Positions 1 to 10,143 of a stretch of 64,000 nucleotides of DNA are shown piece after piece (within the stretch, counting starts at the first letter, position 1; each line of letters begins with the position of its first letter). Location of the stretch: positions 160,001 to 224,000 of the forward strand of contig CBDAOY010000008.1 in assembly GCA_965198225.1 (NCBI GenBank). Reading direction: 5' to 3'. The translations under genes and the position numbers were made by a program. The DNA comes from Terriglobia bacterium (GTDB lineage Bacteria; Acidobacteriota; Terriglobia; 20CM-2-55-15). Under the pieces are notes generated by a model, which saw only the letters and a program-made list of their open reading frames with translations, was not told the origin of the DNA and made no database searches.

Positions 1-59
1 GCACGAGCCGTTTGATTGAGCGGACGGTGGAAGGGCCGCGGGACCACTTTCGACTCTAC
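1..59 (+). mobile_element. Group II intron 3' end (end of domain V plus domain VI), copy 1, cut by the window edge
   Basis: GCACGAGCCGTTTGATTGAGCGGACGGTGG...CCACTTTCGACTCTAC is nearly identical to 320-383. It ends in AC with a bulged A 7 nt from the end. Confidence 0.75.
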
Positions 60-96
60 ACTCAGGAACGAGACGGCAAACATAAGGTCTCGGATC

Positions 97-383
97 GTGC
101 TTCGAGCAGCGGCGCTGGCGGGTCCAAAAGGCCCGTTGGAGGGGGAAGTCCCCGTACTCAGTCGTGAATGTGCGAGCGATGGGAAACGCGGAGATATCGT
201 GGAATTGGATAGTTCCCTTAGCGAAAGACCCAAACGCGGTACGAACGAAGCCGCCACCTGCCGCCACACAGCGAATTCCGAACGAGGAGCAACTGAGGAA
301 AGCGGCTTGCGGGAAAACCGCACGAGCCGTTTGATTGAGCGGACGGTGGAAGGGCCGATCGGCCCGACCACTTTCGACTCTAC
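97..383 (+). mobile_element. ORF-less or internally deleted group II intron remnant, copy 2
   Basis: Canonical domain V AAGCGGCTTGCGGGAAAACCGCACGAGCCGTTT at 300-332 (AGC triad, GAAA loop, AC bulge) and domain VI at 333-383. The 5' end is uncertain (GTGCT at 97 or GTGCG at 170). A domain I-like GGGGGAAGTCCCC lies at about 141. Confidence 0.7.
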
Positions 384-1047
384 AGGCGAGCCCGATGACC
401 GAGATGAGCCCGGCGAGGAGCGTCAGGCTATAGGCACCTGCCAGCCCGATGACGCCAAGCGACAGCATTCCGGCGATCAGGAACGATGGGGCGGAGTAGA
501 GGAAGTGACTGGACCAGATCTCAATCATCGACAGTCCTTCGGTCAACGCGACGATCAGTGACACGGAGATCGAGTTACAAAGGAAATACACGAACGACGC
601 GAACACGGTGGCCGTCATCTGGGCCGACATCGTTGCCAGCGGGAGCGCACCGGAGAGCAGGTGGTACGTCCACCACGTCAGTAGCACGGTCATTGCGATC
701 ATCCCCGTATTGAAAACCCACTGGTGCAGGACGAGTCGTTTCGATGGCAGAAACGTTTGAACCGTGACTCCGAAAACCGCCACGAGTACGGCAACTGCCG
801 GACCCTCGCTGATGACTGCAAGAAGGACCACTGCGGTCAGGAAGGAAATTGAACTGTTCCGGAAGAGGTTCACTTTCGACCGGGCGCCGAGGACGGCGAC
901 CGTCAGCAGCAAGAGCACCCGGATCGGCGTGATGGTCGGTTGGAGCGCCAGCGAGAAGAGCCCCGCTGCAATTCCGACGGCGCCGAACAGGCCAATCGTC
1001 CACTTGGCCGCCAGCGAAAGCTCTTGAAATCGGGTTTGGGAGTACAC
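384..1047 (-). CDS. Multi-pass membrane protein (MASE-like sensor domain) running into the intron remnant. Absent from the ORF track because the frame appears to stay open to the window edge
   Basis: GGAAGGA RBS then GTG at 1047. Manual translation MYSQTRFQELSLAAKWTIGLFGAVGIAAGLFSL...VFNTGMIAMTVLLTWWTY...LLAGLISVIGLA gives about 7 hydrophobic segments. Confidence 0.65.
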
Positions 1048-1350
1048 TTACGGTCCTTCCGTTCAAACTTAGTTGAGACCCGGCAACGGCGAAAATACAC
1101 CTGATGGGGCGGCAACGCCGGTGACGCCCGCCAGACGATTCCCTCCGCTTCAGAGTATCTATCGACAGGAATCAGTGATTACTTTAGGGTTTTTGGGCGG
1201 GTAACTGCATTTTTTGGAAGGAATTGCGGTGGAAAGTGGACTGGCGTGGTTCGCGGACATTTTTCCCGATAGCAGAAACTATTCGCGAAGTTTTTGCACT
1301 ATGGTTGAAATCGCCCGCGCTTTCGATCAGCGCCGACCAGGCGGCCCCCT

Positions 1351-4201
1351 CTACTGCGGCATCAGCGTCACCCGGACATAGTTCTCAATGTCGAAGTGTT
1401 TGCGGGCTGTCTCCCGGATCGATGCCGGGGTGAGGGCTTCGACCGACGCCGGGTAGGAGCGAATGCTGGCGCCGGGCGCTTCGCCCCGTTGATAGTCGAA
1501 GACGAGCTGGCTCAACAGGGTCCGGTTCTCCTGAAAGTCGGTTTCGAAGGATCGAAGCAGCGCTTCGCGTGTATCGGAAACCTCCTGTTCCGTGGGCCCT
1601 GAAGCCTTTAGCGCTTCAATTCCATCGAAGACGGTTCCCACGAGCTCCTCCGTTCGTTCGGGGTCGGACCCGAAGGTGATGATCAGTCGGTAGGTCTCCT
1701 CGGGGCGCCAGGAGTAACTGGCTCCCACACTGATGCTGTAGGTGCCGCCCAACTCCTCCCGGACCCGGTCGCGGAGTTGCGATTGCAGTGTCATCGCCAT
1801 CGCGCGGAGGCCAGTTCTCGCTGCCTGGTTCTGGTAATCGAAGGAGCCGGTAAACGCGATTCGCGTCTGACTGCGGGGCTCGATTCCCCTCGACACCGTC
1901 TCCTCGACGACGCCCCTGGGGGCCCGGACACCGATGTCCCGCCACGTTTCTTCTCTGTCGGTTGTCGGCAGACCGCCCAGGTAGCGCTCGACATAAGGCC
2001 GCATCGCGTCCTGATCGAGGCTGCCGACGAAGATGAACGTAAAGTCATCCGCATCGGCAAAACGGTCCCGGTAGAAGGCGAGGGACTCTTGGAGGTCGGC
2101 CTCGTCCAGCGTTTCGACTGTAGGGGTCCGCTCACGTGGATGGTCCTGTGTCATGATGCGGTTGTAGGCGTCACTGAATGCGGCCGCCGGATTCCGGTCT
2201 CGATTTGCGATGGCTTGCCGGTTCTGTGTCTTCCACACCTCGTAGAGCGTGTCGTCGGCCCGCGGGGCGGTAAACCTCAGGTAGATCAACTGGAACAGAG
2301 TCTCCAGATCCGCGGGCGAGCCGTTGCCGCTCACACCTTCCTCGAATGTCGAGATGAACGGTCGAACGTTGGCAACCTTGCCCGCAAGCAGCTTGTCGAG
2401 GTCGATCCCGTTCAGCTGTCCGACACCGCCAGCCGGAATCAGCGAAGAGGCGGTACTTCCAGGAATGTAATCTTCATCGCTGGCGAGCGACGTGCCTCCG
2501 GGACTGAAACCTCGGAACACGATGCGGTCTTCGTCGAAGTCGGTCGGCTTCAGCACTACGCGGACACCGTTCGCCAGGGTCCACTCGGTAATGTCCCCTT
2601 CGAGTGTTTCGGTACTGACGATTTCGGAGCCCTCGGGCATTTCGGCAAGGAGCGGCTGATCGGAAACCGTGTCCACGTATGCCGTTATCTCGGTGTCACC
2701 TGTGTCCAGGACCGCCAGCAGGGCCTCTTCGGAGGGCATCGCCAGTTCTTCCTTTTCCGGGCCGGCGACAAGAACGACCCGGTTGGAATCCTGGATCCAG
2801 TCCCGACCCACCCGGTTCACCTCGTCGATCGTGATCTGGGGGACGAAGCGCTTGTAGAGTTCGAATTCGTATGCGATGCCGGGAATCGACTCGCCGTCGA
2901 GGAAAGCACGGATGTACTCCGAGGCGTACGATCGCGACTCGCGGTTCGCCCGGTTGATGTAGGAACGCTCTATGCGACGAAGGACGCTCGTCCTCTGGCG
3001 CTCCAGCTCCGACGGGGTGAAGCCGAAGCGAGCGACGCGCTCGGCCTCGGTGGACAGGGCACCGAGTCCCCGCTCGGCTCCGTCCTCGAGCACCCCGGCC
3101 GTCAGCGCATAGACACCCTTCGAACGGATGAGCTGACCCTGGGCCGACGATGCTCTCAGGAACGGCGGGTCGGGCTGCCTGGCGAGCTCCGCAAAGCGAT
3201 CGTTGAGCATACCGTTGTAGAGGCTCTCGACAATCCGCTGCCGGTACCCGGCGATCGTCCAATCGTCCTCGACGTCCATTTTGTGGTAGACGGACACCGT
3301 GGTGGAGGAAATCTCCGGATCAGTCACGATTGAAAAGAGAGTTTCGTCGTGGTCCGGAACGGGATAAACGCTGCGCTCGCGGGGGTTTGAGGGGATCGGC
3401 AGACCCTCGAAGTGCTGCCGGGTGAGAGCCTCGACGCTTGACGCGTCGAAATCGCCGACCGCGATGACCGCCATGAGGTCGGGCCGATACCAGTCGCGGT
3501 AGAAACGCCGAACTGCATCGTGGTCGAAACTCCGCAGGCTCTCCAGCGTGCCGATCGGGAGGCGCTCGGCGTAGTGCGAGTCACTGAAGATGACTGGAAA
3601 CTGCTGGTCGCGCAGCCTTGCCGCGGCGCCCTGACCGAGTCTCCATTCCTTGATGACCACGCCGCGTTCCTGGTCGATCTCCTCCGGATCGAGCGTCAGC
3701 CCGTGAGCCCAGTCCTCCATGATCTGGAACGCTGTGGCCATGTTTTCGGCATTGTCGGTCGGGACTTCGAGCATATAGGTGGTTTCGTCGTAGGAGGTGG
3801 TCGCGTTGACGCCCGGACCGAGGCGCATTCCGATAGATTCCATGAAGTCGACGAGCGCCCCTTTCTCGAAGTGCTCGGTGCCGTTGAAGGCCATGTGCTC
3901 GAGGACGTGGGCCAAGCCGAGCTGGTCGTCGTCTTCGACGATCGACCCGACCCGGACGACGAATCGCAACTCCGCACGGTTTTCGGGCTCCTGGTTCTCG
4001 CGGATGAAGTAACGGAAGCCGTTGGCGAACTCACCAACCGTCACAGCCGGTTCCACCGGCATTTCCTGATCGAGCCCTGCTGTCGCCGCATCTTCAGGAT
4101 CTGCCGGCGACGGCACCTGCTGCGCGCTGAGCCCGGTCGGTGCCGACGCAGCCAGCAAGGCCGTCACAAGTACGAAAACAAGGGTCAGTACGGTCTCTCA
4201 T
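1351..4201 (-). CDS. pqqL: M16 family zinc protease (PqqL-like), exported. Apparent +1 frameshift near the start
   Basis: HVLEH (HXXEH) motif and M16 N/C domains. The open frame is 1351-4167. ATG 4201 has an AGGAG RBS and would give the signal peptide MRTVLTLVFVLVTALLAA if one base were removed. Confidence 0.85.
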
Positions 4202-4261
4202 CGAAGACTCCTTTTGCGGATTCGCCAGCGTCCGATTCGCGACGGTCGTCCCCAAATCATA

Positions 4262-4538
4262 CTAGTGACCTGTATCAAGTGCTATCGGTACCAGCGTTCG
4301 GCCGAACGGCGTCGGATTCTAGGAGTGACGCTCGAGCCAATGCTGTTTCATTGCGAGGGCGTTACGACACGGAAGACGGCGCCGTTCCGCCGAACCCTTC
4401 GGGCCGATGGGGGTTGCGGGCGATCTCTTTGTCGGAAGCCGTCACCGATGAAAGAGCATCGCTTTCCGTCTCCCTCCTCGACCTCGCCCGCAAGACCCAT
4501 CGGCGATGGTGCCGATAGCACTTGTTACAGGCCACTAA
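4262..4538 (+). mobile_element. CTAG-bounded structured non-autonomous element (MITE-like), copy A
   Basis: About 32-bp terminal inverted repeat (CTAGTGACCTGTATCAAGTGCTATCGGTACCA / TGGTGCCGATAGCACTTGTTACAGGCCACTAA). The core is homologous to 19442-19717 and 55723-55992. Confidence 0.75.
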
Positions 4539-4626
4539 ATCCGTTGTTGGCGATCAGAGCAGCTTCGGCATTTAGACGATGGCATGCGATACTGGTAGCG
4601 CCCCGCGAACTGTTTTCTTCAAACAC

Positions 4627-6480
4627 ATGCCGGAAGGTTTCTCGAAATCATCGGCCGCTGCCAAGACGCAGATCGAAAGTCCCGCACAGATACTGTCGCG
4701 AGTGTTTGGTCACGCTGCCTTTCACGGACTGCAGGAAGAGATCGTCAAGCACGTCAACGCGTCGGGTGACGCCCTGGTTCTCATGCCTACCGGCGGCGGC
4801 AAGTCTATCTGCTACCAGGTGCCGGCGCTCTGTCGGTCGGGTATGGGTGTGGTGATCTCGCCCCTGATCGCGTTGATGGAAGATCAAGTCGCGCAGCTGA
4901 AGCAGGCCGGCGTCCGCGCCGTCGCATTTACATCGAATCTCAGTCGTGACGAAGCGCGCCGGGCGCGGCGCGCCATCGAGGGAGGCGAGCTCGACCTGCT
5001 CTATGTGTCGCCGGAGCGATTGCTCGGCGAGGGCCTCCTCGACCAACTCGATAGGATGGAAATTGCACTCTTCGCCATCGACGAGGCCCATTGCGTCAGC
5101 CAGTGGGGTCACGACTTCCGCCCGGATTACCGCCAACTTGCCCAGCTGGCCGACCGGTTTCCTGCGGTTCCGCGCGTTGCCCTGACCGCAACGGCGGACG
5201 AGATCACGCGAACCGACATCATCGGTCAGCTCCGTCTCGATCAGGCGCGGCTGTTCGTGGCCAGCTTCGACCGGCCCAACATCCGCTATCGCGTGCGGGT
5301 AAAGGACAACCCGAAGCGCCAGATTCTGGACTTTATCAAGCGTGAGCATCGCGGCGAAGCCGGCATCGTTTACGCGATGAGCCGAAAGCGCGTCGAGGAG
5401 ATGGCCGGCTTCCTGGAAAAGGAAGGAATCCCGGCGCTGCATTACCATGCCGGGCTGGATGCCCAAACCCGGGTGCGGCACCACCAGAGGTTCGTGATGG
5501 AAGACGGTCTCGTGATGGTTGCGACGATCGCGTTCGGCATGGGGATCGACAAGCCGGACGTCCGCTTCGTGGCCCACATGGACATGCCGAAGTCCTTCGA
5601 GGCCTACTACCAGGAGACGGGTCGCGCCGGCCGAGATGGCCTTCCGGCCGACGCTTTCATGGTCTATGGCCTCCAGGATGTGGCCCTGCTCCGCCGGCTC
5701 ATGGATGAATCGACGGCGCCGGAGGAGGTGCGGCGCGTCGAGAGCAAGAAGCTGGAGGCGCTCCTGGGTTACTGCGAGACCGCCCGGTGCCGGCGCCAGG
5801 TCATGCTGGAGTACTTTGGCGAGGACATCGAGGCCTGCGCCAACTGCGACACCTGCCTGGAGCCCGTTGAGGTCGTAGACGGCACTAGAGAGGCACGACT
5901 TGCGCTGTCGGCAATCCATCGCTGCGGTGAGTCCTTCGGAACCCGGCACATCATCGACGTACTCAGCGGCAAGGCGACCGAGAAGGCGCAGCGCCGCCGC
6001 CACGACCGGCTCAAGGTGTTCGGCCTGGGCAGTGATCTGAGCGAGCGCCAGTGGCAGGGCGTTCTGCGGCAGCTTGTCGCGCTGGGTCTGATCCGGGTCG
6101 ATCTGGGAAATCACAGTGTCCTGCGGCTGGGCCCTACCGAACGCGTGCTGCCGGTTTTGCGGGAAGAAGCGCCGGTGACGCTGCGCCGGGAGCCGGAAGG
6201 GCGGGTCCGCACGAGACGAGCCGACCGGCAGGCCGGCTCCTCGACGGACTTCACCGGCGAAGACCAGCTCCTGTTTGAGGCGCTTCGTACCAAGCGTCGA
6301 GAAATCGCCAGTGGACAGGGGGTTCCCGCATACGTGGTGTTCAATGACGCTACCCTGGTTGAATTCGTGCGGTACCGCCCCCGCAACGAGACGGAGTTTG
6401 CCGAAATCACCGGAGTGGGCGAGGCGAAGCTCGCGCGCTACGGCGCCACTTTCCTCGAAGTCATCTCGAGGGCAGGTTGA
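4627..6480 (+). CDS. recQ: ATP-dependent DNA helicase RecQ
   Basis: [33 protein letters not shown], Zn-binding CRR...CANCDTC, RQC and HRDC domains. Confidence 0.96.
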   Translation: MPEGFSKSSAAAKTQIESPAQILSRVFGHAAFHGLQEEIVKHVNASGDALVLMPTGGGKSICYQVPALCRSGMGVVISPLIALMEDQVAQLKQAGVRAVAFTSNLSRDEARRARRAIEGGELDLLYVSPERLLGEGLLDQLDRMEIALFAIDEAHCVSQWGHDFRPDYRQLAQLADRFPAVPRVALTATADEITRTDIIGQLRLDQARLFVASFDRPNIRYRVRVKDNPKRQILDFIKREHRGEAGIVYAMSRKRVEEMAGFLEKEGIPALHYHAGLDAQTRVRHHQRFVMEDGLVMVATIAFGMGIDKPDVRFVAHMDMPKSFEAYYQETGRAGRDGLPADAFMVYGLQDVALLRRLMDESTAPEEVRRVESKKLEALLGYCETARCRRQVMLEYFGEDIEACANCDTCLEPVEVVDGTREARLALSAIHRCGESFGTRHIIDVLSGKATEKAQRRRHDRLKVFGLGSDLSERQWQGVLRQLVALGLIRVDLGNHSVLRLGPTERVLPVLREEAPVTLRREPEGRVRTRRADRQAGSSTDFTGEDQLLFEALRTKRREIASGQGVPAYVVFNDATLVEFVRYRPRNETEFAEITGVGEAKLARYGATFLEVISRAG

Positions 6481-6539
6481 GCGGTTCGCAATCCGAGGCG
6501 CAAATGCGTGGCCTGCCGTGTGTCGGCGATGGTAGCTTC

Positions 6540-6968
6540 ATGGCAATGAGGCGCCTACACGCCATCGTGTTCGCTCTGGTCGCCCCAACTGCAGCCCTGG
6601 CGCAAACCCCTGACGTTGGTCGGCTTGCCATCGGAGGAGTCCGACCGGCCGAGGTCGTGCAGCGGGTTGCACCCCGGTACTCCGACACTGCCAGGTCTCT
6701 AGAGATCGAAGGCGTCGTCTGGATTCAAGCCAGGATCCGAATCGACGGCAGCGGCGATGAGTTTCGCGTCGTCGATGGGCTCGGTTACGGTCTGGATACC
6801 AATGCGTTGATTGCGATCCAACGGTGGAGGTTTCGTCCCGGGACGAAGGATGGCGTGCCGGCGGAGATGATTCAGAACACTTCTTTATCAGGCCCGCCCC
6901 GGGAACGGAGGACGCGCCGTTCGAACGAGGCGGGCCTGCCACGAAGAAGACACAGCTCCTTCAGTTAA
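6540..6968 (+). CDS. TonB C-terminal domain protein, C-terminus possibly truncated
   Basis: Signal peptide, then PRYSDTARSLEIEGVV...GLGYGLD..A..AIQRWRFRPGTKDG. Confidence 0.75.
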   Translation: MAMRRLHAIVFALVAPTAALAQTPDVGRLAIGGVRPAEVVQRVAPRYSDTARSLEIEGVVWIQARIRIDGSGDEFRVVDGLGYGLDTNALIAIQRWRFRPGTKDGVPAEMIQNTSLSGPPRERRTRRSNEAGLPRRRHSSFS

Positions 6969-7010
6969 GAAGACGTAAGAGAATGGCGAAACCGTGCATC
7001 ACCGCTAGCA

Positions 7011-7160
7011 TGTCGTCCGGAAGTGATCGTTTTTCTCGATGACAATCGACTCAATGTAGATGCCGCCCGGGCTGTCGGGATGCAGGCGCACCTCGCAAAC
7101 GGGCCGCAAGCTGCCAGAGCAGTGCTGGATGAACGTGGCCTGATGAGTGGCGAAGTGTAG
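7011..7160 (+). pseudogene. C-terminal fragment of a HAD-family phosphatase
   Basis: CRPEVIVFLDDNRLNVDAARAVGMQAHL matches HAD motif IV. There is no start codon, and the fragment begins just after CTAG at 7005-7008. Confidence 0.65.
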
Positions 7161-7227
7161 GTGCGGTCTATGACCGCACAACTCGTGGTTCCGCGGGCAT
7201 TTGTGCGCTCATAGAGCGCACCTACAC
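7155..7227. repeat. GTAG-type REP doublet, with a partial copy at 7298-7316
   Basis: GTGTAGGTGCGGTCTATGACCGCAC...GTGCGCTCATAGAGCGCACCTACAC. Confidence 0.85.
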
Positions 7228-7364
7228 TTGAGGATCGGGGTTTCTCGTGAGAAGCCCCGCCACCCGATTCTCCAGCAAAGGACATTCGTTCACAGCTTCA
7301 TAGACCGCACCTACACCCGATCTTGGAGTTTCGTGTCCGGCGCTAGCGCTATGACAAACCCAGG

Positions 7365-8204
7365 CTAGTTCGCCGTCAACATGTTGTGCATTCCTTCGAT
7401 GTTCAGGGTGCGCCAGGCGTCAAACGATGCCCAGCCACGGTAGTCTCCAAGCGTGATGCTCTCCTGGAGCTGGGCCAGCGATCTTCCCGCCCCGACGCCC
7501 TCGGCGACGGCGTCTCTCAGCTCCTCGACATAGTGCCGGTGGTCCACTACATCGGCCGTGGTACCCACCTGGCCGTGGCCGGGTATGACGATGTCGGCTC
7601 CGAGCGCTTCCACGGTCCTCATTTCGCTCAGCCAGACCTCCAGGTCATAGCCCGCCAGGTTCCGGAAGGGAAGTCGTTTGATGCTGATGAAGTCGACGAC
7701 GAAGACTGCGTTCTCGTCCAGGAAGTGGATTACCGACATGTTGGCGGAATGGGCCGGGCCGGGATAGAACATCTCGACGTCCTTGCCGCCCAGTGTCACA
7801 AGATGCCGGTCGGAGTAGAACGTCGTTGGCGGATGGACGCCGTCTGGCACGCCCCCGCGCATGTTTTCATGCCCGACGAACTCCGCAGTGTCCGCAAACA
7901 CCTCCCCGCCGGAGGCGTGATCGGCGTCGCTGTGGCTGTAGAGCACGTAGCGAACCGGCAGTCCGAACCGATCGTCCAGTTCGGACTTGAGCCAGGTGGC
8001 AAAGTCGCGGTCGATCGTGTCTGAGAGGATGATGCCCTCCGCCGTCACGAGAAACGTGGTGAAGTGGTTGTTGTTCTGCGCCCGGTACAGGTTTCCCGTG
8101 ACGCTGACGATGCTGCGGCGTGGCTGCTGCTGGGCCCTTGCGCTCGCGGCCAACCCAAGCAGCGCGATTACGCCAACTGTAAAGATCAAACCTCTTTGCT
8201 TCAT
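7365..8204 (-). CDS. Exported metallo-beta-lactamase-fold hydrolase
   Basis: Signal peptide MKQRGLIFTVGVIALLGLAASARA, SHSDADH motif, PAHS and PGHG. Confidence 0.85.
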   Translation of the reverse strand: MKQRGLIFTVGVIALLGLAASARAQQQPRRSIVSVTGNLYRAQNNNHFTTFLVTAEGIILSDTIDRDFATWLKSELDDRFGLPVRYVLYSHSDADHASGGEVFADTAEFVGHENMRGGVPDGVHPPTTFYSDRHLVTLGGKDVEMFYPGPAHSANMSVIHFLDENAVFVVDFISIKRLPFRNLAGYDLEVWLSEMRTVEALGADIVIPGHGQVGTTADVVDHRHYVEELRDAVAEGVGAGRSLAQLQESITLGDYRGWASFDAWRTLNIEGMHNMLTAN

Positions 8205-8404
8205 CGTTGTGTTCTCCCTCGCGAAAAGAAAATAAGTCCATTGATATCGGTCCAGGCAAGTGATGGTGCCGATTCCTGAACGTTGCGATCCGCCCGAGGA
8301 CATTATTCCTTGACTCTCGGTGGTTAACCGAAGAAATTGCTCACTGTTCGTGACTTTCGCCATTATAGTTCGCCCCTCGGGGCGCTCGAATTGAAGGAGG
8401 ATCG

Positions 8405-9382
8405 ATGAAGGTAAAGTCGTTAACCGCTTTTGTGGCCATACTCGTGTTCGCCGCCGCAACTCTTCTGGCAGGACCGCTCGCCGAGGAGCAGAGAGGCCGT
8501 GGAGGTCGGGGTGGTCGTGGCGGCCAGCAGCGAGAGCTGACTCCCGAGCAGCAGCAGGCGCGCGCGGAAGCCCAGGCTCGCAACGCGCGGGCGATGGATG
8601 CGCTGGACTCGGTCTGGCTCGAGGAACTGACCGTTGCAGAAGTCGGCGATTACATCAACGCCGGCATGACTACAGCGCTGATCCTGACTGGGGGTGTGGA
8701 GGCCAACGGTCCCCACCTGGCGCAGGGGAAGCACAACTATGTGCTGCGCCAAACCGGCGAGTCGGTAGCGCGGGAATTAGGCAATGCCCTCATCGCCCCG
8801 ATTGTGACGCTCGAGCCCAGCGGCCGGTTCAACGGCGAAGTGAACGTCGGCAGTGCCGGGCCGATGATCTCCCAGGAGACCTACCTGGCTCTGTTGACCG
8901 ATATGGGCGACAGCCTGCGTGCCATGGGGTTCGAGAATGTTCTTTACCTCGGCGACAGCGGCAGCAACAGGCGGGGGATGCAGGGCGCGGCCAATGCGCT
9001 GAATGCCAGGTACAAGGGCGAACCTGCAAACTTCTACCACATCCCCGAGTACTACGATTACCGCTCGGTCCAGCTCTACATCCGGGACACGCTGAAGATC
9101 GAGGAGATGATGGACATGGGGAGCAGCCGCGGCTGGGCCGACCAACTTCATGAGGACTACGGAATCGACGCACTGATGGCGCTGGAGGACCCGGAAACCA
9201 TCCGTTTCGAGCAACGTGTGAAGGCCGGCCGAGCCATCATCAACGGTGTTCCGCTGGCGCCGCTCGAAAAGCTGCTCGACCACGGGCGGCAGCTCCTGGA
9301 GCTCCGGACCCGGCTGACGGTCGAGGGCATCAAAAAGGCCCTTGCCGCCCCGCCGGTGCTTTACGGGCAGCAAAACCGGTAA
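8405..9382 (+). CDS. Creatininase-family amidohydrolase with signal peptide
   Basis: LEELT...GGVEANGPHL, LGDSGSN and HEDYG motifs. N-terminal signal plus an RGG-rich linker. Confidence 0.8.
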   Translation: MKVKSLTAFVAILVFAAATLLAGPLAEEQRGRGGRGGRGGQQRELTPEQQQARAEAQARNARAMDALDSVWLEELTVAEVGDYINAGMTTALILTGGVEANGPHLAQGKHNYVLRQTGESVARELGNALIAPIVTLEPSGRFNGEVNVGSAGPMISQETYLALLTDMGDSLRAMGFENVLYLGDSGSNRRGMQGAANALNARYKGEPANFYHIPEYYDYRSVQLYIRDTLKIEEMMDMGSSRGWADQLHEDYGIDALMALEDPETIRFEQRVKAGRAIINGVPLAPLEKLLDHGRQLLELRTRLTVEGIKKALAAPPVLYGQQNR

Positions 9383-9429
9383 GTCACAGCCGGAGGCGGC
9401 TGGGCCGTTTCCGATCGGGACCGCCTCCG

Positions 9430-10140
9430 TTAGTCCTTGAAGTCGATCCCTTGGGTGCGGAGCCAGTCGATCCACCCGATCATCGAGGGGTTCGGCGGGC
9501 GTACCTCATAGTAGGGAATCAGCGGCCTGTATCGATCGAAGGCTCGTCGCAGCAGGTCGACCGCGTCCGGCTCACCCGATTTCCTGGGTGTAAAGTCGAC
9601 ACGCAGATCGGTTCGGCCGTAGGGCTTTCGGTCGTAGACCATCAGGCAGGCCGAGCGATGCCCGCCAGCATCACCGCCGGCGTCTCGCCCGGCGGTGATC
9701 ACACGCATCAGCCGCTCCTCGAACAGTTCCTGCTTGTTTTCTTGCCACGCGGTGTCCATGTCGGGCAGAACGCGATCGCTCGCCATCAGATTGCCCATCA
9801 CGACATAGCCTTCGCCGGTAATGGCTCCCTTGTGCTCAGGGTTCTCCACTCCGGTGTGCACCCCGACCCGGCCGTGACAATCGACGATGCCGATCTGTCG
9901 ATACTCGAAACCGTCATCGCTTTCCCTTAGTTCGGCCAGCACTTCCGAAGGTGAGCGACCTGCGGCGAGCAGGTCGAGTGCGCGTGGGCCCAGGCCGGGA
10001 TCGGTGTAGGCCTGCGTACTCACCGCGCCGACGTCGGCGCGGACGAACGGGCAGCGGGCGCCAACCGACAAGGGATTGGTCGCCTGGGCGATGCCGAGCA
10101 GCCTGTTCTCCGGGTCGCGGGCGACAACGGTGAAAGTCAC
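9430..10140 (-). CDS. DUF1028 family protein (Ntn-hydrolase-like)
   Basis: Starts MTFTVVARDP. Contains GAVSTQA, RQIGIVD, GGD and DLRVD. Confidence 0.85.
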   Translation of the reverse strand: MTFTVVARDPENRLLGIAQATNPLSVGARCPFVRADVGAVSTQAYTDPGLGPRALDLLAAGRSPSEVLAELRESDDGFEYRQIGIVDCHGRVGVHTGVENPEHKGAITGEGYVVMGNLMASDRVLPDMDTAWQENKQELFEERLMRVITAGRDAGGDAGGHRSACLMVYDRKPYGRTDLRVDFTPRKSGEPDAVDLLRRAFDRYRPLIPYYEVRPPNPSMIGWIDWLRTQGIDFKD

Positions 10141-10143
10141 GCT

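Noticed and set aside
16-561. 181-aa plus-strand ORF
   Set aside because: It overlaps intron RNA structure and is antisense to the membrane-protein frame. No protein motifs.
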